From: Candidatus Woesearchaeota archaeon | GTDB lineage: Archaea; Nanobdellota; Nanobdellia; Woesearchaeales; ARS49 | Direction: 5' to 3' | Assembly (NCBI GenBank): GCA_038891615.1 | Contig: JAWADY010000002.1 | Location: forward strand, 128,001 to 192,000 | DNA: 64,000 nucleotides | Shown: positions 28,263 through 38,800 of the stretch, piece after piece | Layout of the letters: the number at the start of each line of letters is the position of its first letter | How positions within the stretch are numbered: the stretch's first letter is position 1 | Position numbers and translations under genes: made by a program | Notes under the pieces: generated by a model | Databases searched by the model: none | Seen by the model: only the letters and a program-made list of their open reading frames with translations | What the model was told of the DNA's origin: nothing

Positions 28263-28919
28263 ATGACAACAATCTGCGGCATTGACGAGGCAGGGCGTGG
28301 GCCAATAATTGGGCCAATGATTATTTGCGGCATTCTTGTCGATAAAAGGCAGTTGCCAATTCTCGAAAAGCTGAAAGTGAAGGATTCAAAAGCTCTGACC
28401 ACGCCCCAGCGGGAAAAGATTTCTGTTGAATTAAAAAAGCGTTTTAAATACAAGCTTATATCTGTTTCTCCTCAAGAGATTGATGCAGTTGTGCTTGCGG
28501 ATAGCAAAGATGTCAATCTCAATTGGCTTGAAGCAGAAAAGGCAGTTGAACTTATTGATGCTCTAAAGCCAGACGAAGTAATAATGGATTGTCCCAGCCC
28601 TAACATAAAGGCATTCACATCTTTTATAATGCAAAGGATAAAGCGCAAGTGTGCGCTACTATGCGCCCATCATGCTGATGCAAAGTATCCTGTTGTTTCG
28701 GCAGCATCCATTCTTGCAAAAACAGCCAGGGATGAAGCTGTTGAAAAGATAAAAAGAAAAATTGGTATTGATTTTGGTTCTGGCTATGTGGCAGATCCAA
28801 GAACAAAGGAGTTTTTGGAGAAACACTGGAATGATTATCCTGAAATATTTAGGCATTCTTGGGCCCCATATCGCAAGGAGTCTGAGCTACAGAAACAAAA
28901 AAGGCTCGGCGAGTTTTAG
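28263..28919 (+). CDS. rnhB: Ribonuclease HII
   Basis: GIDEAGRGP, VKDSK, VSAASILAK, GSGY and C-terminal PIP box QKRLGEF. Confidence 0.97.
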   Translation: MTTICGIDEAGRGPIIGPMIICGILVDKRQLPILEKLKVKDSKALTTPQREKISVELKKRFKYKLISVSPQEIDAVVLADSKDVNLNWLEAEKAVELIDALKPDEVIMDCPSPNIKAFTSFIMQRIKRKCALLCAHHADAKYPVVSAASILAKTARDEAVEKIKRKIGIDFGSGYVADPRTKEFLEKHWNDYPEIFRHSWAPYRKESELQKQKRLGEF

Positions 28920-28984
28920 CATGTATTGTTACACCTACGGGCGTTTTCAATAGTTTTATAAAGAATCTTAAACAACCTCTTATT

Positions 28985-29701
28985 ATGAACAAGAAAAAGT
29001 CAATCCCTTCTTCGATTGAAATTGTTAAGGAAGCTGAGAAAACTAATCCAAAAGCTGATATAAATAAACTACATTCTAAAACTTTTGAATTACTCAAAAA
29101 ATATAGAGAAGAGTATTATGAGAATAAAGTAAACACTCTATTCTCTAGAAAGAATTTAGCAAATATTCCAAAAGAAATAGGAATTAAGATTAAAAAAGAG
29201 TTATTAAAACCAATAAAAGTTGACGATAAAATATATAGTAATTTTATGGAGGAAGCATCAAGGAGGATTAGTCAGACATTTCAAGTTATTTCCGGCAATA
29301 TTGCAGAATTGTGTGTCGAAAGAGAGTTAATAAAAATTGGATTGAAGCTGGGTATACATTATGTTAAGAAAAAAGAAGGGGCAGATTTTATAATTTATTA
29401 TCCTCAAAAAAACGGTTTTAAGAAAAAACATAGGATTGAAGTAAAAAATATTAAATTGAGAGAAAGAGGAATAAGAGGTTTAGCATTTGATGGTGATACA
29501 ATGATAGGATTCTTTAACCAACCCTCAGAATTTACTGCTTCAAATATTGAAGTTATAGATAACCATTGTAAGAAGACTAATGGATATTGCTATATCCCTC
29601 CAAAAACCTTAAAATCGATTAAACATAAAACTTCAAGATTTAAATCAAATATAGAGTTTGCTAAGGATATGAAAAACTTTGTTGAAACTGGTTCTATTTA
29701 G
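28985..29701 (+). CDS. Putative type II restriction endonuclease (PD-(D/E)xK)
   Basis: SGNIAE...ADF...IEVKNIKLRER; convergent with and overlapping a DNA methyltransferase. Confidence 0.72.
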   Translation: MNKKKSIPSSIEIVKEAEKTNPKADINKLHSKTFELLKKYREEYYENKVNTLFSRKNLANIPKEIGIKIKKELLKPIKVDDKIYSNFMEEASRRISQTFQVISGNIAELCVERELIKIGLKLGIHYVKKKEGADFIIYYPQKNGFKKKHRIEVKNIKLRERGIRGLAFDGDTMIGFFNQPSEFTASNIEVIDNHCKKTNGYCYIPPKTLKSIKHKTSRFKSNIEFAKDMKNFVETGSI

Positions 29702-30566
29702 GCGGCCTCCAAAAATCTAAGATATATTCAAAGGTAGTTCCTAATGTTATATAATTACTTGGCCACCCAAATATTCCTGCCCCATTTATTAAATTCCTTC
29801 TATCCCAAATTATGATATTTCTTAATTCATATCCTGCTTTTTTCATTGCTTCTATAACATAAATGTGAATGGGTATTCTCTTATTTTCCCACCATAAATC
29901 AGTTATATTAATGACACAATGAGCTTTTGGTTTTAATATGGGAAGAATTTTCTTGTAAATTTTACCTAATTCTTCTGTATATTGTTCGGGTTCCATAGTT
30001 CCTAAATCTCTTGGATTATTAGAGTATTGTTGCACTTTCATAAATTGACTATTTAGCCTTTTATCACCTCTTAGGCTCTTATTTAGTCTTGGTCTATTAA
30101 GCATATTTGCATATGGTGGAGAGGTCACACATAAAGAAACAGTTTCTTTTTCTAAATAATCTGGAATGTTTATTGCATCATCGCAAATCATTATTTGTTT
30201 AGTTTCATTTGTTAGACTTTGTTGCGATAACCTTTTTTGTGCAAAATCAACATATTTTTTATTCAAATCAAACCCGACAGCATTTCTACAAACATCTTTA
30301 GCGGCTACTAATGTTGTGCCTATACCTGCAAATGGGTCTAATACCAATTCTCCCTTATGAGTAAATAATTCTATACATTTTTTAGGTAATGCTATTGGGA
30401 AAACAGCAGGGTGTATTTCTTTATCTCTTATATCTCTTGTTTCATAAAAAAATTCCCAGATTGCAACCTGATTCTTTAGCCATTCTTTTGGAGTTAAGCA
30501 ATTAATATGAGTCTCGCCACATTTACAAGTTCTATTACAATTTATATCTAACTTTTTACTTATCAT
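29694..30566 (-). CDS. Amino-DNA methyltransferase, probably N4-cytosine
   Basis: HPAVFP, VLDPFAGIGTT (motif I) preceding TSPPY (motif IV). Confidence 0.92.
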   Translation of the reverse strand: MISKKLDINCNRTCKCGETHINCLTPKEWLKNQVAIWEFFYETRDIRDKEIHPAVFPIALPKKCIELFTHKGELVLDPFAGIGTTLVAAKDVCRNAVGFDLNKKYVDFAQKRLSQQSLTNETKQIMICDDAINIPDYLEKETVSLCVTSPPYANMLNRPRLNKSLRGDKRLNSQFMKVQQYSNNPRDLGTMEPEQYTEELGKIYKKILPILKPKAHCVINITDLWWENKRIPIHIYVIEAMKKAGYELRNIIIWDRRNLINGAGIFGWPSNYITLGTTFEYILDFWRPPK

Positions 30567-30573
30567 TCTATAT

Positions 30574-30723
30574 TCACGTTTTATTATTTTTATTTAACGG
30601 TTTATCCCAATAAGGGCTTTTACATTTTGGGCATACAGTAGGAACATCTTCGCTTCTTGTTATCCATTCATGCCCGCATCTTTCACATTTGCACTCGTAA
30701 ACTTTGATCTCCTTTTTAGCCAT
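30574..30723 (-). CDS. Small Zn-ribbon protein (49 aa) upstream of the methyltransferase, not in the ORF track
   Basis: MAKKEIKVYECKCERCGHEWITRSEDVPTVCPKCKSPYWDKPLNKNNKT*; TTTAAA box about 23 nt upstream. Confidence 0.8.
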   Translation of the reverse strand: MAKKEIKVYECKCERCGHEWITRSEDVPTVCPKCKSPYWDKPLNKNNKT

Positions 30724-30991
30724 ATAAGATTAATTAACTTTATTCTTTAAATATTTTACTATAATCATATATCATAGCCTAAAGATTTAAATAAATACTT
30801 TGGATAATATCACCCGTCCAAGATGTTAAGGATGTCTATTAAGAAAAATGGCATTAGGATTAATTAGATTGAGCAAAACGAAGAAAATTTAATTTTTTAT
30901 TTAAATTAGCTCCCGACAACGCAACAATACAGTTTTACCAAAAGGTTTAAATATGAGTGTTGCGTAATAGTTTCTAGTTGGTGGTGACAAA

Positions 30992-32767
30992 ATGGGTCTT
31001 GTCGAACGCGTGAGAAGACTTGTAAATGAAAGTGCAAATAGGTTCGGTAACAAGCTTGTTCCTGGTTTTGGCGACTTTCTTACAAGGGATGTTTCTAGTT
31101 TGAAAAGGGAATTGATGATGGCTGCTGCTACTCCTTTACTTGCTGCTTCAATGATTTTTTCTAATGGCTGCTTTGAAGGTGGGGGTGGCACAAGCACTGT
31201 TTTTGATGGCGGAGGTTCTGGTGGTGGCAATGGTGGCGGTGGCGGCTCTGGTGGCGGAGGTTCTGGTGGTGGCAGTGGTGGCAGCTCTGGTGGTGGCAGT
31301 GGTCAGCAAGGAAACTACAAGCTTTTTGTTCAAAACCCCCCTGCACCTGTAAAAGGCGCTAAGGTTACTGTTTGGCCAGCTGCACTTTACAATGTTGAGG
31401 ATGGCACTGGTATTGAGCCTGTTGCCGACCCAAACACGCCTTATGTTACTGGTGATGATGGAACTGTTTTGCTCAATCTCGATGGACCTTCGCACATAGT
31501 TGTTTCTAAAGAAGGCTATCCTGATGTTGTGCAGTTTAATGTCAAGCCGCTTCAGACAACATCAGCGAATCAGCCAAGATGTCTTGAGTATCTTCTTACG
31601 AGCAGTGACAGTGATATAGACTTTTGCAGGCCAGTAGGCCTTAGAAGACCTATAGGTGAAGAGTGCCAAGGAGTGAACTTTCAGGGTCACATAAAGCATG
31701 ATGGAGAGGTTGTTGGGAATCAGTATGTGAAAGGCGAGTTTGTAAGCATTATCCTGCGTGGCGAGGTTTCTAACAATAGTCCTTTGCCAGAGACATCTGC
31801 GAGTTTTCTTGTGATGTATACTGGAACTACTCCTGATCCTAATACCGAGGAGCTTGTTTATCAGGGGCTTGGAGACCCTAGTAAGACTTTGAACATTGTT
31901 CGTGGTGAGAAAAAAGCTAAAAATTTCCTATATCAGATTCCTTTGGATGCTCGTGAAGGCTGGTACAGGATTTATGTGAGCAATGGTTGTTATGCGAATT
32001 CTAAAGGGCACTTGATTGGTGTCTTTAGGGTGATTCGCGACACAACTCCGCCACAGCTCATTGTCGATCCCTTCAAGGAAGCTTTTTCTAACGAAGCTTT
32101 TGTCATGTCTTGCTCTGTTTATGACCCTCCGCAGGAGGGGACTGTAAGGGCTGCTGGTTTTAGCATCCAAGTTGTTAGCGATGCAACCGTGATTGTTGAC
32201 AAGGATGCTCGTGATGGGATTCTTTCTTCTGATGTTGTTAGCTCAAGCTCGATTTGTGAAATACCAGCGTATGGGGAGGACCTGGAGGGTGTTACTAATA
32301 ATGATATTAATAAGATTGGTAGGAATGCACAAATATATACTTTGACATTCAGGTCTACTGACCTGTCTGGAAATACTGTAACTAAGCAGGCGCAAGCAAA
32401 AATATACCTAACAAAGGCCGAGGCTGACGCACTGGCTGATATCATATACGATGAATTTAATATAGGACCTAACAGCACAATAACATTTCCAGATGATTAC
32501 AAAAGAGATATAATATTACCTTATAGCAGAGGACCGCCTCATAACTTTTTTGTTAACAGGTTTAACTATGGCACACTAGGTGGTACAGGTCATACTTATA
32601 ATAATCAGAGTCTTACAGAAGCAGACAAGATAACCCTCGAATCACACATAAGTTACGCACCACGTGATGGAGATACCGTTAAACCAATTCCGCGTTCAAC
32701 AGTGCAAGAATTTATCAACACATTAAGGGCTTATCTTCAGTTTTTGCATGATAATGGTAAATTTTAA
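30992..32767 (+). CDS. Secreted or surface protein with Gly/Ser linker and Ig-like domains
   Basis: SD GGTGA, hydrophobic stretch ending FSNGC, poly-Gly linker, DTTPP...D.SGN Ig-like motif. Confidence 0.75.
   Translation: MGLVERVRRLVNESANRFGNKLVPGFGDFLTRDVSSLKRELMMAAATPLLAASMIFSNGCFEGGGGTSTVFDGGGSGGGNGGGGGSGGGGSGGGSGGSSGGGSGQQGNYKLFVQNPPAPVKGAKVTVWPAALYNVEDGTGIEPVADPNTPYVTGDDGTVLLNLDGPSHIVVSKEGYPDVVQFNVKPLQTTSANQPRCLEYLLTSSDSDIDFCRPVGLRRPIGEECQGVNFQGHIKHDGEVVGNQYVKGEFVSIILRGEVSNNSPLPETSASFLVMYTGTTPDPNTEELVYQGLGDPSKTLNIVRGEKKAKNFLYQIPLDAREGWYRIYVSNGCYANSKGHLIGVFRVIRDTTPPQLIVDPFKEAFSNEAFVMSCSVYDPPQEGTVRAAGFSIQVVSDATVIVDKDARDGILSSDVVSSSSICEIPAYGEDLEGVTNNDINKIGRNAQIYTLTFRSTDLSGNTVTKQAQAKIYLTKAEADALADIIYDEFNIGPNSTITFPDDYKRDIILPYSRGPPHNFFVNRFNYGTLGGTGHTYNNQSLTEADKITLESHISYAPRDGDTVKPIPRSTVQEFINTLRAYLQFLHDNGKF
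31177..31303 (+). repeat. Low-complexity GGT/GGC repeat encoding the Gly/Ser linker
   Basis: Repeated ggtggc and ggcggaggttctggtggtggca units in frame. Confidence 0.85.
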
Positions 32768-32855
32768 GTGAATTTATTCTACTAAAGTTTTGTGAAGGCT
32801 ACCAGTTCGAAAAAGATTTATAAACAAACTGCAACATTTTTTACACAAAAAGCTG

Positions 32856-35800
32856 GTGGTTGTCTTGTTGAAAAGAGGGGAACTGGGAAGCCTGTTTGCC
32901 ATCCTTCTTATAGCAGCCACCCTTTTGTTTGTTTCAAAGAACCCATTGATGGCTAGCAAAACAAACTCAAGCAAGCAGCAATCCTTTGAGAGTGGCCTAA
33001 CAAGTGCTGCTGTTTCAGAACAATCAATAGGGTTAGCAGAAGTCGAACCAGAAGTTATCCAAGCTATCCAAGCAGAAGGCAAGGCTCGTGTCATTGTTTT
33101 GTTCAAAGACCAAAACTCAAGAGATACCCGCAATAGATTCTTTACTGCTCAAGAGATTATTTCTACTCTTGATGCGGCTGAATTTCAGCCCAGGCACAGA
33201 TTTTCCTCAATCCCTGGCTTTTCAGGTAACATAAGCATGGCTGGCCTTCAAAAGCTTCGTAACAACCCAGCAATTCAGAGAATTGTCCTAGACCTTCCGG
33301 TTTATGCCCTATTACAAAACACAGTTCCTTTGATAAATGCAAGCGCTGTTCATGGAATACAGATAGGAGGTCAAAACATAACCGGACAAGGACAAACAAT
33401 TTGCATTGTCGATACCGGCATTGATTATACCCATCCTGACCTTGGCGGCTGTTTTGGAGCAGGGTGTAAAGTTGTGGCTGGTTATGATTTTGTGAATGAT
33501 GATTCTGACCCCATGGACGACAATGGGCATGGCACACATGTTGCAGGAATTGCGGCTGCGAATGGGACAATTCGTGGTGTTGCGCCTGGCGCAAGACTTG
33601 TTGCAATGAAGGCTTTAAATTCGATTGGAGGTGGTTCGGCTTCTGACATAGTGGCTAGCATTGATTGGTGCAAAAATAATGCAACCCTTTTTAACATTAC
33701 AGTGATATCTCTTAGTCTTGGTGGTGGGGCATTCGATACGCCATGCGACAGCCAGCCAGAGGCAGCTGCTGCTAATGCTGCTGTTGCTGCAGGTCTATTT
33801 GTTGCAGCAGCCTCTGGGAACTCGGGTTCTTCAACATACATAACTTCCCCAGCTTGCGCAAGCAATGTTACAGCAGTCGCTGCAAGCACTAACAGCGATT
33901 CAATGGCTCAATTTTCACAAACAAACAGCCTTGTTGACTTAGTTGCGCCGGGAGTAGGAGTAAATTCAACACGCCTTGGAGGTGGATATTTAATAAATTC
34001 TGGAACTTCAATGGCAACACCCCATGTTGCTGGTACCGCTGCGCTTATGCAGCAATACCAGCGCCTTCAGTCTGGCACAAATCTTACACCTTCAGAGGTA
34101 ACACAAATCCTTCAACGCGAAGCTGGCGCTAAAGTTACTGACAATGATAATGGTCTCACCTTTAGCCGCATTGATGCTTTGAAGGCAGCAAATGCTTTGC
34201 TTGTTATCAATCAAACAGCTAATAAGGTCGAAAGACCTGGTGCTGGCAGTGTTGTTTTTGATTCGCCCACGGATCTTTCCGGAGCCTCTGCGGCATTTGT
34301 AATTGGCAACAACACGGTATTCCTAAACTCTTCTGCCTTTCCCAAATTCAATAAATCCGCAACTATCCAGCTATTAAATCTTTTATTTCAAAAAACTCCA
34401 GTAGTCTTTAAAGATGGTACTTTGTGTCAAACCCCTTTGTGCAACATAACTTCATATTCTTCCGGCACATTGGCCTTCCACGTGGCTGGCTTCACAAATT
34501 ATAGTGCTGGCGCAAATGCCAATCTTGTTGTTTGGGATGAAGGCGATTCTGGCCAGCCTTTTTTTGAGGGACAGCCGAGAGCTGGAAACCCAATAAGTTT
34601 TTTCGCAAACTACACAAATAGAAGCAGCGGTGCCGTGATACCAAGCGCAAGCTGCAACATAACATATCCAGATGGTAGCAGCGCAATGTCTTTCAACTCA
34701 ACAAAACAAGTCTTTGAGCACACGAGAATTTTCGACACTTCGCAGTTCTTTAGCTATCCAGTTACGTGCGCCGACCCTGCTTTTGAACCTCTTACAGCAA
34801 CCGACTCAATACAGATACTCTCCAACAGCAGCGGCTGCACTTATCCTGGACCGAACATAAATTGGACAATCGAAACCGACTCAACAGTCATTTGTGCCAA
34901 TGAGACGATTCTTCTAATAAACCAATCAATAAACGTACTTGACAATGCAACATTTATGCTTGATAGTTCTGAGCTTACACTGAATGTAACTCAGAACAAC
35001 ATTTTTAATATTGGTGTTGCTCCAAACGCAACAATTGTAGTTATAAATTCCCTAATACGTTCTCTTGATTCTTCTGTGAAATTTCGCCTTGATATCTTTG
35101 GCTATGGCAACATAACAAACTCACTCATCACAAATGGCACTCAGACGTATCTTGGAGGAAACAAGTCCCATTACATAACAAATTCAATTTTTGGAGACCA
35201 AGTTAGGGTTTATGAAAATTCAAACAACTTTTTTACTAATGTGACATTCGCTGCTCCCATACCACCTTCAATAATTTTCTATGATTTATCAAACAACACG
35301 CTACAAAACATTTCTGTTTATGGAGAGGCACAATTTCGTAACAATTCTATAAATCTTATCAGAGATTCGAATTTCACCAATGAAACGCGCTTTATTCAAA
35401 ATACAACATCACGAATAGCCAATAGCAGTTTTAAAGTTGTGCGTTTGGCAAATTCTCCAATCCTGAATTTCACCAATCTCTCAACAATAACGAATGAGAT
35501 TATGGTTTTGACATTAGCAACCCCTCTTTTGGACGGGTTTGTCGACATGCCAAATAGCATCGTTCTTCCTTTAGGTGCAGTCATCAATCGCTTCCTGCCA
35601 ATCCAGGTCCTCGTCAACGGCACAAACATAACCTTAAGCGGAAGGTCTGTAAACATAACCAACACAACTTCTGGCACACTAGTTAACAATGGCTCAACCG
35701 ATGCAAACGGATTTGTCTATCTTAATGCAACCTTTACAAACACAAGTTTCGGAATTGGAAACTTTACTGTTGCCACAAACCCAAGCCAGCCTCTTGGCCT

Positions 35801-38800
35801 TTTAACCGACACGCCAATAATATTGCAGGTTTCTGACACAAACCTTCCAAACATCAGCCTAACCAGCCCTCCCAATAATTCTCTCTTTGCTTCAGGCATT
35901 CTCATTGAGCTTAAGTACATTGCGAATGACACAACTTCTGAATTGGCAAACTGTTCCCTCATTCTTAATTCGGTTTTAAATCAGACTCATACCTCACCGC
36001 AAGAGAATACTGAGCAGACCTTCATAGTTAATCTAGGCGAAGGCACCCATTCTTGGAGGGTTGAATGCACCGACAGCTCTGCACAGGCAAATGTTGGAAG
36101 TTCTGAAACAAGAATTCTAACTGTTGACGGAACACCACCAAGCGTTTTTGACCCCAAACCAGCACCCAACAGCACCTTCAAGATAGGAACAACCATAGAA
36201 GTAGCCGTAAACGCAACTGACAACGTAGCAGTTGACACTGTTTATGCCAACATAACCTTACCAAACGGAACACTGCAACAACTCATCCTAGCACTAGCAA
36301 CAGGGTCTAAATACAACAATAGTTTCACAATCCCAGCCCTAACAGGACTGTACAACATAACCTACTTCGCTAACGATACGAGCGGTAATGCAAACACAAC
36401 AACTACTACAAACTTCACAGCAACAAATCAGGCGCCAAGTATAACGCTCTACTTCCCCCTTAACAACACGCAGTTTAACAACACGCAAACAGTAACATTC
36501 AACTTTAGTGCTATTGACGACCTGAACACAACGCTATCATGCGGAATATACCTTGATAACATCTTAAACCAGACAAATAGCACAACGCAAAACAACACAG
36601 TAACAGAATTCGCAATTGAAGGAATAAGCTTTGGTAGTCACACGTGGTTTATTAACTGTACTGATGGAAGCCTAAGCAACGCATCAGAAACAAGAACATT
36701 CATCATAGCAGACACCCAAGCACCTGGCTGGTCTAACAACAAAGCATTCCCCACCAGCCCGGCAACCTACTCACCAGCACAATCATACCAGTTCAACATT
36801 ACTTGGACAGACAACACAGGCCTAAGCACAGTCCTTTTTGAGCACAACTTTACAGGTGTTGCTGCAAACTTTAGCCCCACAGGCTTCACTGGTAACACCA
36901 CAAACAGGGAGTACTTCTACAACTATGGCCCACTAGCAGCTGGTAACTATTACTGGAAAAGCCATGCTAATGACACAAGCGACAACACCAACAGCACAGC
37001 AACATTCTCCTACACAGTAAACAAAGCCACGCCCACACTCAACATAAACCTACAGCCAGGCTCAAGCGTTACTTATGGCACAACAACTAATGCTAGCTGC
37101 ACAGCAAGCACACCACAAATAACCCCACAGCTATTCAGGAACGGAACCTTAGTAAGCAATCCTGACGTTGGCGTCCTTGCTGCTGGAAGCTATAACTACA
37201 CATGCACAGCAACAGAAACACAGAACTACACAGCACCCACGCCACAACAAGCAATACTGACCATCAACAAAGCAGCAAGCGAGGTAAACCTTACTTTAAA
37301 TGGTCAGGATGCCAACATAACAATTGAGAGAAAAGGAACTGTAAACAAGACAGCTTCAATCATTGTCCCGAATAGTGGTTTTGTCTCGCTTTACGAAAAT
37401 GGTACATTTATTGGTGGCGCTCAGAACGTTGTAAGCAACACAACAGCATATACTTCAGTTGGCCTCTTCAACATAACCGCGCGTTACAACGGAAGCCAAA
37501 ATTATAGCGAATCAAGTGAAACGCATTTAATTACGGTCCAAGACACAATCCCGCCAGGTGGTGTGCTGAATCTAACAAACACATCTATGAGTGGCGCCTG
37601 GGTTTACTGGAGTTGGGTTAATCCAGTCGATGACGACCTAAGCCACACAGAGGTTTGGGTGGATGGTGTTTTCAAGATAAACATGAGTGCAAACACAACC
37701 TCTGGATATAACGCAACAGGTCTGTCTGCAGGAGCAAATCACACAATAGCGACAAGGACTGCAGATATTTATGGCAACATCAATATGAGTTGGGTTAACC
37801 ATACTGTCTGGATAGAATCAGATACTATTCCGCCAAGCGTTTTTGATCCAAAGCCAGCTCCTAACTCCAGTCAGACTTATGGCTCAACAATCGAAATAGC
37901 AGTTAATGTAACAGACAATTTTGCAGTGGATGTTGTAAAAGCAAAAATCACTAAGCCAGATGGCAGCCTTCAAACAATCACCCTGTCAAACCTGTTTGGC
38001 TCGAAGTATAATTCAAGCTATGTTCTTGACCAAACAGGAAATTATAGCGTTCAGTTCATCGCAAATGACACAAGCGGAAATGTAAATGATTCTGTCACAA
38101 CAAACTTCAATTCGAGTCAGTCCGAAAGCATCGGACGAGGTGGAGGGAGCCGCAAGAGGGATACAACTCCACCTAGGCTTGCTTTTATCGAGCCGCCAAC
38201 TCCAAAGCACGGGGTTGTTATTGAGATAGGCGACCTTGCAGAGCTTGAGTTTAGGCTGAACATTACCGATTCTTCAAAAATCGTCAAGGCAGCGCTCGTG
38301 TTGAACAATGAAAACTATCAGCTCGAGTATCTTGGTGAAACTCTATGGTCTTCGAAGTTAAGACTCAAGCCAGGATATTATGTCTATCAGGCTTTTGCAG
38401 ATGATGCAGCTGGCAACCGTGGGTGGTCTGAAAGAAGAACATTGCAGCTCATTGAGCACATTGAGCAGCCAGTGCCATCACTGCCAACACCTGTCAAAGA
38501 GGTTCCTGCTGCCGTTGCATGGCCAAACAAGACAATCAGTCCAGCGATAATTCCTTCAAAAAACATCTGTCCAACCCTTGAGCTGTTTGTGCTTGTTGTC
38601 CTTTTGCTCACAATCCTTCTTGAGGTAACACGCTTACTTGTGATTCTTCACGCCCAAAAATACAAGCATGATGAAATTAAGTGGCTGCGAATTGTTGTCA
38701 TTGTTTTAGCAGTGCTCACTGCTTTCCTACTTTTGATTCACTATCTGGTTTGCAAGCAGCTATTGTTGTTGCCGCTGCTTGGACTTGCGCTTGTTGCAGT

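Larger units (their letters stand above)
28922..30931. mobile_element. Putative non-autonomous AT-rich element carrying an R-M system
   Basis: Ends TGTATTGTT (28922-28930) and AACAATACA (30923-30931); flanks GTTTTAGCA (28913-28921) and GTTTTACCA (30932-30940); visibly lower GC inside. Confidence 0.5.

Noticed and set aside
31177-31303. GGT/GGC repeats as a possible CRISPR or tandem array
   Set aside because: In-frame Gly/Ser linker with no repeat-spacer periodicity; no cas genes are present.
36130-37300. AAC-rich block as a possible DGR template repeat
   Set aside because: No reverse transcriptase in the window and no second copy differing only at adenines; the AAC codons encode Asn-rich sequons.
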